A stretch of 41,827 nt of DNA from Candidatus Bathyarchaeota archaeon. GTDB taxonomy: Archaea > Thermoproteota > Bathyarchaeia > 40CM-2-53-6 > CALIRQ01. The stretch's first letter is position 1, and every line of letters starts with the position of its first letter. The notes under the pieces were generated by a model. The model saw nothing but the letters and a program-made list of their open reading frames with translations. It had not been told where the DNA came from and did no database searches. The DNA is taken from contig JAPWUR010000002.1 in assembly GCA_028275385.1 (NCBI GenBank), positions 1 to 41,827 on the forward strand, given 5' to 3'. Below, one piece after another: positions 1 to 9,904 of the stretch. The translations under genes and the position numbers were made by a program.

Positions 1-2
1 GG

Positions 3-77
3 GGGAGCTATAGGATCACGAACTTGGGCATCATGCGGATGAAGGAGATGTTGGAATCGGGCCAGGAGGGGATGTGA
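3..77 (+). CDS. 3' end of a gene truncated by the window edge (possible winged-helix protein C-terminus)
   Basis: Frame 3 reads GSYRITNLGIMRMKEMLESGQEGM* with TGA at 75-77. Y-x-I-T-x-x-G resembles a wHTH wing motif. Confidence 0.45.
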   Translation, partial: GSYRITNLGIMRMKEMLESGQEGM

Positions 78-157
78 CCGGGGGGAAGGCGGGCTTGGGA
101 ACGCGCCCATTTGGAGGCGCGGCGGCGGGAGTTTGAGGCTCCCAGGAGGAGGGTGAA

Positions 158-1243
158 ATGGTCCACCGCGCCCAGGATATAGTAGGCAATGGGGAAATAA
201 GTAATTTACTGTTGAGGGGGCCGAGGGCCCCCATCCCGGACGCCCTCATGAGGCTCAGCTTCGATAGCCTCGAGCGGCTATCGCCGATGAGGGGGGTCCT
301 CGGCGAGGGCCTCGAGGCGCCCGAGGAGCCCCCCTTGGAGATCGGGGCCCCCACGGCCCCAGTGGAGCCCATAAGGGTCGCCCCGAGGGAGTGCGATTCC
401 CCGATAGCGGCCGTAGACGTATCCGCCTCCAAGGTCGGGGAGACCAGGGAGGGGATCGTGGTGGCCCTGAGGGGGGCCGTCGTATGGAGGATCGGCCGCT
501 CCCATCGCTACCTGAGGTACGGCCCGCTCCCGTTCCACATAGCCGAGGGCTCGGCCGATCCGATGCTGGGCCTCATGGAGGCCCCGGGGGGCGAAGACCT
601 CGAGCAGCCCCAATCGGGCTTGATTCAAATAACGGCGCGATTGAGGAACCTCATGGAGCGATGGCTCCAGGAATCGATCTGCTCCTCGTTCAGGGATTCC
701 ATAATACTCTTCGATGGCTCCCTCACGGCCGGGACCCCAGATAACCCGGCGGGGGCCCTGAGGAGGATATTGGAGGAGGCGAGGGGGAACGGGAACTCTG
801 TCCTGGCCTTCTCGAAGGCCACGAGGCTCCTATACAACGGCCGGAGCGTCCTCGAGCTGGCCAGGGGGGCCGATCCGCCCTACGTGATCGATATAGACGA
901 GCTGATCTCCAGGGCCTTCCCATCGCATCCGATAAAGCTCCTCGGGAGGGTTTACGTATCGAGGCTATCCCGGGATGGCCCGGCGTTCAGGCTAGATGCC
1001 GATAGGGGGATCGGCCCGGATGGGGCCCTCGACGCCATATCGAAGCTCCTGGGATCCGATATAGCGAGCGCCGGATACCCCGAATGCCTCAAGCTGGCCC
1101 ATATATTGAGCGCCTTCACGGCGAACGAGATCGTGGGGATACAGAGGTTCCTATCGGGTCATAGGGGGATACAGCTCATCCAGAGGCCGAACCTGAGGAG
1201 GATCCTCTTCGGCCCATTCGGGGGCTGGGGCGGGGCGGCTTGA
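158..1243 (+). CDS. nurA: NurA-family 5'-3' nuclease
   Basis: AAVDVS, LFDGSL and GYPECLKLAH motifs; abuts a HerA gene. Start uncertain (SD GGGTGA precedes ATG158). Confidence 0.8.
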   Translation: MVHRAQDIVGNGEISNLLLRGPRAPIPDALMRLSFDSLERLSPMRGVLGEGLEAPEEPPLEIGAPTAPVEPIRVAPRECDSPIAAVDVSASKVGETREGIVVALRGAVVWRIGRSHRYLRYGPLPFHIAEGSADPMLGLMEAPGGEDLEQPQSGLIQITARLRNLMERWLQESICSSFRDSIILFDGSLTAGTPDNPAGALRRILEEARGNGNSVLAFSKATRLLYNGRSVLELARGADPPYVIDIDELISRAFPSHPIKLLGRVYVSRLSRDGPAFRLDADRGIGPDGALDAISKLLGSDIASAGYPECLKLAHILSAFTANEIVGIQRFLSGHRGIQLIQRPNLRRILFGPFGGWGGAA

Positions 1244-1244
1244 G

Positions 1245-2678
1245 ATGAAGTTCTACAAGAAGGAGGGGAACACGGCCCACGTAATAGCCTTCCCGGACGA
1301 GGAGGCGGAGAGGGGGGATTACCTACTCATAGAGGATCGGGAGAGCGGGAGGGGGCTGATCGCGCAGGTGATCGATGTCCAATTCGTCAACCTGCCGGGC
1401 ATCCTCGAGGACCTCCTCAGGGATACGATGACCGCCGGATCGGTCGAGGGGGAGGACGAGGACCCCTTCGGGGTCTCCTCGCAGGTCGCCTATTTGAAGG
1501 ATGCTAGGCTATTGGTTTGCAAGATAAGGGGGGCCATCGAGGGGGGGAGGCTATTGGCCCATGCGCCGTGGCTCCCATCGAGGATAGGGTCGATCGTCAG
1601 GAGGATATCGATCGAGGAGCTATTGTGCGATGGGGATCCGAAGAGGCCGATAAGGCTGGGGAGGACGAAATCCGGGAAGGGGGTCGTCATAGACGCGAAG
1701 GGGCTCGATGGGAAGCTGAACATAATAATGGGGAGGAAGGGGACCGGGAAATCGCATTTCTCGAAGCTCTTGCTATTGAACCTAGTGAAATACGGGGCCC
1801 CATGCCTGGTCTTCGATATAAACGGGGAATACGTGAACCTCGGCAGGGATTGGGACGGCCGCCCGAACGAGTTCGGCGATAGGATAATGGTCCTGAGGCC
1901 GGGCGCCCAGAGGTTCGATGTTAGGAGCGTGGGCCTGAGGGCCATGATGGATATCCTGCTCCACGCCCTCGATCTGCCTCCGACCTCCGCGAAGGTCTTC
2001 GCGAGCATGTGGAAGGAGCTGGCCGCGAGGGACGCCCTCAGCCTCGGCTCGATCGGGACCGCCATCCAATGCTGGAGCTGCCACGAGAGCGTTCGGGAGG
2101 CCCTCGCCTCCAGGTATCACTCCCTCGTCGAATCGGGCGTATTCGGGGACGAGGGCTGCATGGATTTCGGCGAGATCGCCAAGTGGCTCGGGGACGGGAA
2201 CGCGGTCGTGGTGAATATGAGGAACAAATCATCGCTCTCGCGTAGAATAATCGTGGAGCTATTCCTCGGGAAGCTGACCGAGCTCCTATCCGCCGGGGCC
2301 CTGAGGGCCGTATTCCTATTCGCCGAGGAGGCGCACCTATACCTGGGGGATACCTATTGGGACGACGTCGTCACGAGGATGAGGCACTTGGGGATATTCG
2401 CCACCTTCATCACAAACCAGCCAGAGACCATAAGGGAGGGGATCTATAGGCAGGCCGATAATATATTCCTCTTCAACTTCGCCAACGACCACGACCTGGA
2501 GTTCGTTTCCAAGACGGCGAAGCTCGACGCCGATAGCGTCAAGCTCCTCGTGAGCGGGCTCCCGGAGAGGCATTGCCTAACCATAGGGGAGGCCGTCAGG
2601 AACTTCCCACTGATATTCGAGGTGGAGAGGCTATCGGCGGATACCCTCGGCCAAACCAGGTATTTCTTTAACGATTGA
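1245..2678 (+). CDS. herA: HerA/FtsK-family ATPase with N-terminal HAS-barrel-like region
   Basis: Walker A GRKGTGKS, FDINGEY, Walker B FAEEAH, RMRHLG and TNQP motifs. Confidence 0.85.
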   Translation: MKFYKKEGNTAHVIAFPDEEAERGDYLLIEDRESGRGLIAQVIDVQFVNLPGILEDLLRDTMTAGSVEGEDEDPFGVSSQVAYLKDARLLVCKIRGAIEGGRLLAHAPWLPSRIGSIVRRISIEELLCDGDPKRPIRLGRTKSGKGVVIDAKGLDGKLNIIMGRKGTGKSHFSKLLLLNLVKYGAPCLVFDINGEYVNLGRDWDGRPNEFGDRIMVLRPGAQRFDVRSVGLRAMMDILLHALDLPPTSAKVFASMWKELAARDALSLGSIGTAIQCWSCHESVREALASRYHSLVESGVFGDEGCMDFGEIAKWLGDGNAVVVNMRNKSSLSRRIIVELFLGKLTELLSAGALRAVFLFAEEAHLYLGDTYWDDVVTRMRHLGIFATFITNQPETIREGIYRQADNIFLFNFANDHDLEFVSKTAKLDADSVKLLVSGLPERHCLTIGEAVRNFPLIFEVERLSADTLGQTRYFFND

Positions 2679-2702
2679 CGGCCCCAATTGTGGCGATGGC
2701 CC

Positions 2703-3632
2703 ATGCGGGACGGGAGGGGCGAGAGGAGGGCCGTGAGGGCGGAGGAGGTCGAATGGGAGGCGAGGGGCGTGAAATCGATAGCCTTCAGGGATCGGTTCCT
2801 CTCGAGGGCCCTGCCGGGGCAATTCGCGATGATCTGGATCCCGGGGGTCGATGAGATCCCGATGAGCGTCTCCAGGATCGGGCCCGGGGAATGGGCATCG
2901 ATAACCGTGAAGGGGGTCGGGGAGGCGACCGGGGCCCTGCTGGGGATCGAGGCGGGGGATCGGATTTGGGTCAGGGGGCCGTATGGGACGCATTACGAAT
3001 TCGAGGGCTCCCGGAGGCCCCTGCTGGTGGCAGGCGGGATCGGGGCCGCGTCCCTGATGCCCTTGGCCGAGGCGATGGCGGCGGGGGACAGGATCCCGAC
3101 GATGGTGATGGGGGGGAGGTCCATCGGCGAGATCCCCCTTATCCGGAGGGCCGGGGCGCTCGAGGCCTCCGGGCGATTGAGGCTCGTCCTGGCGACTGAG
3201 GACGGCTCGGCGGGGGTTAGGGGATTGGCGTCGGAGGCGGCGGAGCGCCTCCTGGGTGAGGGCGATCACGACTCCATCTTCGCCTGCGGCCCCGAGCCGA
3301 TGATCGCCGCCCTGCTCGGGATCGCGGGGCGGATTGGGGTCCCCCTCCAAGCCAGCTTGGAGAGGATGATGAAATGCGGGGTCGGCATATGCGGCAGCTG
3401 CTCCATCGATGGCCTCAGGGTATGCCGGGATGGCCCGGTCTTCGGGATGGGGGCGCTCATGGGGATGGCTGACCTCGGGAGGGTCCGGATGGACGAGAGC
3501 GGGGCGAAGGTCCCGGTGAGCGCCCGGGGCGCCGCCGGGGAGGGCGGATCCCCCAATGCCGGGCGGCCCGGGGGCGGGCGTGGCCAAGGAAACCCTTTTA
3601 AGCCCCAAGCCCGGAATGGGCCGATGGGGTGA
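2703..3632 (+). CDS. pyrK: Dihydroorotate dehydrogenase electron transfer subunit
   Basis: PGQFAMIW, RGPYG, AGGIG, ACGPEPM and 2Fe-2S motif MKCGVGICGSC...VCRDGPVF. Confidence 0.9.
   Translation: MRDGRGERRAVRAEEVEWEARGVKSIAFRDRFLSRALPGQFAMIWIPGVDEIPMSVSRIGPGEWASITVKGVGEATGALLGIEAGDRIWVRGPYGTHYEFEGSRRPLLVAGGIGAASLMPLAEAMAAGDRIPTMVMGGRSIGEIPLIRRAGALEASGRLRLVLATEDGSAGVRGLASEAAERLLGEGDHDSIFACGPEPMIAALLGIAGRIGVPLQASLERMMKCGVGICGSCSIDGLRVCRDGPVFGMGALMGMADLGRVRMDESGAKVPVSARGAAGEGGSPNAGRPGGGRGQGNPFKPQARNGPMG
3596..3632 (+). promoter_or_regulatory. TATA-like box and Shine-Dalgarno for rps30e, embedded in the pyrK tail
   Basis: TTTTAAG at 3596-3602; GGGGTGA at 3626-3632, 6 nt before ATC3639. Confidence 0.6.
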
Positions 3633-3638
3633 TGGGCC

Positions 3639-3806
3639 ATCCCAACCCACGGATCCATAACTAAGGCCGGGAAGGTCAGGTCCCAAACTCCGAAGATCCA
3701 GGGGCGCGAGAGGAGGTCCCCGATCCCGAGGGTCAGGGTTAGATCCCTGGTCAGGAAGAGGCTGATCCTCGGGAGGAAGCCGGGCCAGAATTGGGGGATC
3801 GGCTAG
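3639..3806 (+). CDS. rps30e: 30S ribosomal protein eS30 (S30e), not in the ORF track; apparent ATC start
   Basis: (I/M)PTHGSITKAGKVRSQTPKIQGRERRSPIPRVRVRSLVRKRLILGRKPGQNWGIG*. HGS-x-TKAGKVRSQTPK is the eS30 signature. Confidence 0.92.
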   Translation: MPTHGSITKAGKVRSQTPKIQGRERRSPIPRVRVRSLVRKRLILGRKPGQNWGIG

Positions 3807-3823
3807 GCCCGCCCCGATCCGCT

Positions 3824-4948
3824 TCACCCGATCCGCCGCGCCCGTAGCCTCCTTAGGGCATCGAGCTTCTCCCTATCCCCGAGCCTCGATTCCTCTATGG
3901 CCCTGCTGAGGAACCCTATGGCCTCATCCATGGCCCTTTTATCGACGGGGAACGGGACCCCGTCCTTCCCGCCGAAGGCGAACGAGAACCTGGCCGGATC
4001 CCTCCAGCTGGGCGCAGCGCCGTATATGAGCTCGGCTATCAGGGCCAACCCCCTGACAGTCGAGGGCCCTATCCCCCTTATGGCCAATAGCTCCTCGTAA
4101 TCCCTGGGCTGGATCTCGTAGGCCGCCTCCAGGGCCTCCCAATCCATCCTCCTCGGGACCCTGTATTCCACCAGGGGCCCCGGCATCGGCCCGGGTCGAG
4201 GGGCCCCTGGGATCCACCCATCGATCCTGGCCTGGGCCCCGTGGGGCAATGAGGCCAAGAGCCTCCTGAGCCTCTTGGCGCCCTCCTTCGATAGATCGCA
4301 GGAAGCCCTCCTGGCCTCCTCGCTGGCCCCCGCAGTCATATCGAGGACCCTCCCGTGGAGGGCTTGGGCCGCGATGCCCCTATGGGGCTCGCGGACGAAG
4401 CTCTCGAGGCCCTCGGAGATCCAATGATACCTCCTGGCCATCCCTGTGGCCGGGTTCATCCCCTGCTGCACGACGGCCCATTCCAGATCCTCGCCCACGA
4501 AGAGCGAATGATGGTATAGCGCATAGCCGTCCTGAACGGCCGCGTTATCGACCTTCGCGGCCATCCTGCTGGCGTATTTGAGGCGGGCGACCTCCTCGCA
4601 TGAGAGGCCCATGGCCGATCCGAGGGCATCGAGCTCCTCCGGGGCCGCCTTCGCATATCTGCCCTTCCCGCCGACGGCCTTGACGCCCGCGTCGATCGAA
4701 TTCAGCGCCGCCTTCAGGGCGTAGCAGGTGGTGGTCGTGGATCCGCTGCTATCCCAATCGAACCCGAGCGCGTTCGAGCAGGCCTGGAAGAAGAGGGGGT
4801 CGGATATCCGGGCCAATATCTCCCGGCTGCCGTATTCGTCGTATATGGCCCGGAAGATCCCCTTCGCCAGGGCTATCATCCGGGCCAATAGCCAGCCCGG
4901 GGCCTCGCCCCGATGGAGCCTAAGCTCCGCCAGGCCCGCCCGCCTCAT
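3824..4948 (-). CDS. DUF763 domain protein
   Basis: GFDWDSSGSTT, QQGMN, ARRYHW, HhH-like GIGPSTVR and FSFAFGGKDGVPFPVD. Confidence 0.85.
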   Translation of the reverse strand: MRRAGLAELRLHRGEAPGWLLARMIALAKGIFRAIYDEYGSREILARISDPLFFQACSNALGFDWDSSGSTTTTCYALKAALNSIDAGVKAVGGKGRYAKAAPEELDALGSAMGLSCEEVARLKYASRMAAKVDNAAVQDGYALYHHSLFVGEDLEWAVVQQGMNPATGMARRYHWISEGLESFVREPHRGIAAQALHGRVLDMTAGASEEARRASCDLSKEGAKRLRRLLASLPHGAQARIDGWIPGAPRPGPMPGPLVEYRVPRRMDWEALEAAYEIQPRDYEELLAIRGIGPSTVRGLALIAELIYGAAPSWRDPARFSFAFGGKDGVPFPVDKRAMDEAIGFLSRAIEESRLGDREKLDALRRLRARRIG

Positions 4949-5101
4949 GGCCCCCCGCTTCCGAGTTCATCTCCCGGGGGCCCTTTTTATAGTTGCCATC
5001 GAGCCCGGGGGGATCGCCACCGCGAACCGCCAGCCCATTCGGCGACCCCGAATGCCTCCACCGATTTATAAGGGGGGCCGGGGAACCCCATCCGGGCGAG
5101 G

Positions 5102-6679
5102 ATGCGGGACGCTTGCGCAATGGAGCGCGGGATCGCGGATAGGGTCCTGGAGGAAGCCCTGGCCAGCGGAGCCCCCATCCAGGAGGTCAAGCTCAGGGTC
5201 TCCAAGGAGCTCGGCTTGGCGAGGGTCCCGAGGAACTCGGACCTACTGCGGCTCGCCCCGCCGGGGCTCGGGGATGCGATCGCCGGGAGGCTGATGCTCA
5301 AGAGGACCAGGAGCCTATCTGGAGTGAACGTCGTAGCCGTCATGGCCAAGCCCTGGCCCTGCCCTCACGGGAGGTGCGCCTATTGCCCCTCGGTGCCCGG
5401 CGTCCCGATGAGCTATACGGGCAGGGAGCCATCGGCCATGAGGGGGATCCAGAACGATTTCGATCCATTCCTGCAGGTCCGCAATAGGATCGAGCAATTG
5501 GAGCGGATAGGCCACAGGGTCGGGAAGGTGGAGCTGATAATACAGGGGGGCACGTTCCCGGCGATGCCGCGGGATTATCAGGAGAGCTTCGTGAGGGATT
5601 GCCTCGACGCCCTCGCCGGATCAAGGTCCGGGTCCCTCGAGGAGGCGAAGGCCAGGGCGGAGGAGGCCCGGGTCAAGAACGTGGGCCTGACGGTCGAGAC
5701 GAGGCCCGATTGGGCCAGGGAGGCCGATGTGGATTGGATGCTCCATTTGGGCGTCACGAGGGTCGAGCTGGGGATCCAAACGCTCTTCGACGATATATAC
5801 GAGCTCGTCGGGCGGGGGCATGGGGTCGAGGACGTCGTCAGGGCCATGAGGGTCCTGAAGGACGCGGGGATGAAGGTCGTCGCCCACATGATGCCCGGCC
5901 TCCCCGGATCGGATTTCGAAAGGGATCTCGAGGCATTCAGGCTCCTCTTCGAGGACCCAAGGTTCAAGCCGGATATGCTGAAGATATACCCGACCCTGGT
6001 GCTCGAGGGGACGAGGCTCCACGAGATGTGGCTGAGGGGCGAATACGAGCCGCTCACGACAGAGGAGGCGATCGAGCTCATAGCCGAGGTCAAGGCCATG
6101 ACCCCGCGATACGTCAGGATAATGAGGATCCAAAGGGATATACCGTCCCATTTGATAATCGCGGGCGTCAAGAAGAGCAACCTGCGCCAGCTCGTCCTCG
6201 AGAGGCTCCGGGCCGAGGGGAGGCGATGCGAATGCATAAGGTGCCGCGAGGTGGGGCTCAGGGGGATCGCGGCCGACCCCGGCTCGGCGGAGATATCGGC
6301 CCTCAGGTACGAGGCGTCCGGGGGGATCGAGGTCTTCATATCGGCCGAGGTCCCGAGCAGCGACGCGCTAATAGGCTGCCTGAGGCTGAGGATACCCTCC
6401 GAGGGGGCCCATAGGAGGGAGATCGCCTCGAAGAGGAGCGCCATCATAAGGGAGCTCCACGTCTACGGCCCGGCCCTCCCCGTTGGCGAGCGCGAGGATC
6501 GGGCCGCTTGGCAGCACAGGGGGTTCGGAAGGGCGCTCGTGGCCGAGGCCGAGAGGATCGCCAGGGAGGAGTTCGACGCCGAGAAGATCCTGGTCACGAG
6601 CGCCATAGGAACCAAGCCTTATTACAAGAGGCTCGGCTACGATTACGATGGCCCGTATATGAGCAAGGAGTTGGGTTGA
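5102..6679 (+). CDS. elp3: Elp3 tRNA U34 carboxymethyltransferase (radical SAM + GNAT)
   Basis: CPHGRCAYCP, GGTF, ETRPD, KIYPT, RELHVYG and QHRGFG. Alternative start ATG5120. Confidence 0.95.
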   Translation: MRDACAMERGIADRVLEEALASGAPIQEVKLRVSKELGLARVPRNSDLLRLAPPGLGDAIAGRLMLKRTRSLSGVNVVAVMAKPWPCPHGRCAYCPSVPGVPMSYTGREPSAMRGIQNDFDPFLQVRNRIEQLERIGHRVGKVELIIQGGTFPAMPRDYQESFVRDCLDALAGSRSGSLEEAKARAEEARVKNVGLTVETRPDWAREADVDWMLHLGVTRVELGIQTLFDDIYELVGRGHGVEDVVRAMRVLKDAGMKVVAHMMPGLPGSDFERDLEAFRLLFEDPRFKPDMLKIYPTLVLEGTRLHEMWLRGEYEPLTTEEAIELIAEVKAMTPRYVRIMRIQRDIPSHLIIAGVKKSNLRQLVLERLRAEGRRCECIRCREVGLRGIAADPGSAEISALRYEASGGIEVFISAEVPSSDALIGCLRLRIPSEGAHRREIASKRSAIIRELHVYGPALPVGEREDRAAWQHRGFGRALVAEAERIAREEFDAEKILVTSAIGTKPYYKRLGYDYDGPYMSKELG

Positions 6680-6686
6680 TTCGGAT

Positions 6687-8012
6687 ATGGCTGAGGATCT
6701 ATCCGGGTACGCCGGCTCGGCCCTCGAGGCGCTCCGGGGGGCCGGGGCCAGGCCGGGCGATAGGATAAGGATAAGGCGGGATGGGGAGGCCTACGAGGGC
6801 GTATTGATCCCCAGGCCGGGGTTCGGGGATCCCGAATCCATAATCGTCAAGCTGCCCAACGGGTATAACATAGGCATCAGGGCCAAGCCCGGGATCGAGG
6901 TCGAGGTCCTGGAGAGGGGGGAGAGGCCCGGGTATAGGAGGGCCCCGATCCCGCCCTTGGGGGAGGGCCTCCCGAGGATAGCCCTCCTGGGGACCGGGGG
7001 GACCATAGCCAGCAGGGTCGATTATAGGACCGGGGCCGTCGAACCGGCCCTATCGGCCGAGGACCTCTACGCGGCCGTCCCGGAGCTCTCGGGGATCGCG
7101 AGGGTCGAGGCCGACGTCCTCTTCAGCGAGTTCAGCGAGAACCTGGAGGCCCGCCATTGGAGGGAGATGGCCATCGGGGCCGCCAAGAGGTTGGAATCGG
7201 GCGCCGAGGGCGTCGTGATAGCCCATGGGACCGATACCATGGGGTATTCGGCTGCGGCGCTCAGCTTCGCCCTCAGGGGGCTCCCGGCGCCCGTGATCCT
7301 CGTCGGGGCCCAAAGGTCCTCCGATAGGCCGAGCTCTGATGCGGCGACGAACCTCATCGGCGCCGCCATATTCGCCTCCAGGGGGCCGTTCGCCGAGGTC
7401 GCGGTCGCGATGCACGAGGGCGTATCGGATGGGCCCATAGCCGCCCACAGGGGCACGAGGGTCAGGAAATGCCACACGAGCCGCAGGGACGCCTTCAAAT
7501 CCATCAATTCCCAGCCCCTGGCCAGGTGCGACGTCAGATCCGGGCGGATCGAGATGCTCGTCGAGGATTATAGGAGGAGGGGGGAGGGGTCGCTCGAGGT
7601 CAGGCCGGACTTCGATGAGAGGGCCCTGCTGCTCAAGTATTACCCGAGCATGGATCCCTCCATAGTGGATTGGGCCGTGGACGAGGGCTATAGGGGAATA
7701 GTATTCGAGGGGACGGGCCTCGGCCACGTCTCCAAGAAGTTCAGCGGCCCGATAAGGAGGGCCGTGGAGGAGGGCGTGGTGGTTTGCATGGCCTCGCAAT
7801 GCCTCTGGGGGAGGGTTAATATGAACGTATATTCCACGGGCCGCGATCTATTGGCCGCGGGCGCCATCCCGCTGGGGGACATGCTGCCCGAGACGGCCCT
7901 GGTGAAGCTCATGTGGGCCCTCGGGCAAACGGGCGATCCCGGGGAGGTCAGGGCCATAATGGCGGCGAACCTGGCGGGCGAGATGTCCGGCAGGACGCTG
8001 TATTGGGGTTGA
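6687..8012 (+). CDS. gatD: Glu-tRNA(Gln) amidotransferase subunit D
   Basis: KLPNGYNIG, TGGTIASRVDYRTG, HGTDT and QRSSDRPSSD. Confidence 0.97.
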   Translation: MAEDLSGYAGSALEALRGAGARPGDRIRIRRDGEAYEGVLIPRPGFGDPESIIVKLPNGYNIGIRAKPGIEVEVLERGERPGYRRAPIPPLGEGLPRIALLGTGGTIASRVDYRTGAVEPALSAEDLYAAVPELSGIARVEADVLFSEFSENLEARHWREMAIGAAKRLESGAEGVVIAHGTDTMGYSAAALSFALRGLPAPVILVGAQRSSDRPSSDAATNLIGAAIFASRGPFAEVAVAMHEGVSDGPIAAHRGTRVRKCHTSRRDAFKSINSQPLARCDVRSGRIEMLVEDYRRRGEGSLEVRPDFDERALLLKYYPSMDPSIVDWAVDEGYRGIVFEGTGLGHVSKKFSGPIRRAVEEGVVVCMASQCLWGRVNMNVYSTGRDLLAAGAIPLGDMLPETALVKLMWALGQTGDPGEVRAIMAANLAGEMSGRTLYWG

Positions 8013-8023
8013 GGGCCTTGGGG

Positions 8024-9895
8024 ATGGATTACGGGGCCCTGGGCCTCAGGGTTGGGCTGGAGATACATAGGCAATTGGATACGGCGCATAAGCTATTTTG
8101 CGAATGCCCGACGAGGCTCTCCGGGCGCGGGGCCGAGATAGAGTTCGCGAGAGGCTTCAGGCCGACCCAAAGCGAATTGGGCGAGGTCGATCCGGCGGCG
8201 CTTTACGAGTTCCGGAAGGGCAGGATGGCGCTCTACGAGGCCGATAGGGGGACCTCCTGCCTCGTGGAGATGGACGAGGAGCCCCCGCATTCGCTGAACA
8301 GGGAGGCTGTTGAGATCGGCTTGGCTGTGGCCCTCATGCTCGGGTCGAGGCCGGTGGATGAGATCCACGTCATGAGGAAGGTCGTCATAGACGGATCGAA
8401 TACCACTGGGTTCCAAAGGACCTGCGCGATCGCCCTCGGGGGGAGCCTGAAGGTCCGGGGCAAGGAGATCCCGATAGAGCAGATATGCCTCGAGGAGGAC
8501 GCCGCCAGGAAGGTGGGCGATCGGGATGGGGGCCCGATCTTCGCCATAGATAGGCTGGGGATACCGCTGATAGAGATCTCGACCGCCCCGGTCATCGAAT
8601 CGCCGGAGGAGGCGAGGGAGGTCGCGGAGCGGATAGGATCGATCCTCAGGGCGACTGGGAGGGTGAAGAGGGGGATCGGGACCATACGCCAGGATTTGAA
8701 CGTATCGATATCCGGCGGGGGGCTCGTGGAGGTCAAGGGCGTCCAGGAGCTGGGCCTGCTGGATAGGGTCGTGGAGTTCGAGGCCATGAGGATGGCCGGG
8801 CTGATGAGGATAAGGGATGAGCTGCGCGGGAGGGGCTTGGGGCCGGATCGGCTCTCCGATGCGCCCATCGACGTCTCCAGGGCCTTCGCAGCGACGGCCT
8901 CGAGGGTCGTGAGGGGGGCCCTGGATCGGGGCGGGGCCGTCATGGCGCTGAGGCTCCGGGGCTTCTCGGGGCTATTGGGCAGGGAGCTCGCCCCGGGCTT
9001 CAGGTTCGGGACCGAGCTGGCCCATAGGGCCATGGCGATCGCCGGGGTCGGGGGGCTATTCCACACGGACGAGCTGCCGGGCTATGGGATATCGGCCGAG
9101 GAGGTCGAGGCCGTAAGGGGGCTCGCCGGGGCGGGGGAGATGGACGCGGTCGTCATTGTGGCCGATGAAAGGGATAGGGCCGAGAGGGCGCTGCTCGCGG
9201 TTCTGGAGAGGGCCAAGGAGGCGTTCGACGGCCCCCCATCGGAGACCAGGGCCGCGAACCCAGATGGGACGACGCGCTACATGAGGCCAAGGCCTGGGTC
9301 GGCGAGGATGTACCCCGAGACCGATGTCCCGCCGTTCCCGATATCCGAGGACCTGCTGGATCGGGTCAGGGCATCGCTCCCGCCCCCGCCGGAGGAGCAA
9401 ATAAGGGCCCTGAGGGAGGCCTACGGCCTCAACGAGAAGCTGGCCAGGCAGCTCCTGGATTCCGAATACCTGGGCCTATTCAAGGAGGCGGTCGCGGCCG
9501 GGGCCCAGCCGACCCTCGCCGCGGCATTGCTCACCGAGACCCTCAAGGCCTTGGAGAGGAAGGGCGTCCCCATCGGCTCCATACCGGATTCGAGGATACT
9601 CGAGCTCCTCAGGGCCATAGCGGAGGGGGCGACCGCGAAGGAATCGGCCGAGGCCCTCTTGGAGGCCGCCTCGAGGGACCCGGGCAAGGGGATCGGCCAA
9701 TTGATATCCGAGCTGGGGCTGGGGATGATCCCCGAGGGGGAGCTCAGGCGGAGGATAGGGGAGATATTGGACCGGGATCCCGAGCTCCTCAGGGCCCCCT
9801 TCGGGAAGGTCATGGGCGCGATCATGAGGGAGCTCAGGGGGAGGGCGGACGCCGGGCTCGTGGCGAGGATAATAAGGGAAAAGATCGGGGGATGA
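8024..9895 (+). CDS. gatE: Glu-tRNA(Gln) amidotransferase subunit E
   Basis: MDYGALGLRVGLEIHRQL, DGSNTTGFQRT, GTIRQDLN and RMYPETD. Confidence 0.97.
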   Translation: MDYGALGLRVGLEIHRQLDTAHKLFCECPTRLSGRGAEIEFARGFRPTQSELGEVDPAALYEFRKGRMALYEADRGTSCLVEMDEEPPHSLNREAVEIGLAVALMLGSRPVDEIHVMRKVVIDGSNTTGFQRTCAIALGGSLKVRGKEIPIEQICLEEDAARKVGDRDGGPIFAIDRLGIPLIEISTAPVIESPEEAREVAERIGSILRATGRVKRGIGTIRQDLNVSISGGGLVEVKGVQELGLLDRVVEFEAMRMAGLMRIRDELRGRGLGPDRLSDAPIDVSRAFAATASRVVRGALDRGGAVMALRLRGFSGLLGRELAPGFRFGTELAHRAMAIAGVGGLFHTDELPGYGISAEEVEAVRGLAGAGEMDAVVIVADERDRAERALLAVLERAKEAFDGPPSETRAANPDGTTRYMRPRPGSARMYPETDVPPFPISEDLLDRVRASLPPPPEEQIRALREAYGLNEKLARQLLDSEYLGLFKEAVAAGAQPTLAAALLTETLKALERKGVPIGSIPDSRILELLRAIAEGATAKESAEALLEAASRDPGKGIGQLISELGLGMIPEGELRRRIGEILDRDPELLRAPFGKVMGAIMRELRGRADAGLVARIIREKIGG

Positions 9896-9904
9896 GGGGG
9901 CGGG

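Noticed and set aside
7913..8023. Long N-terminal extensions given by the ORF track (gatE 7913, archease 14523, debranching enzyme 36247, cren protein 10061)
   Set aside because: They overlap upstream genes or tRNAs; downstream starts fit the family N-termini.
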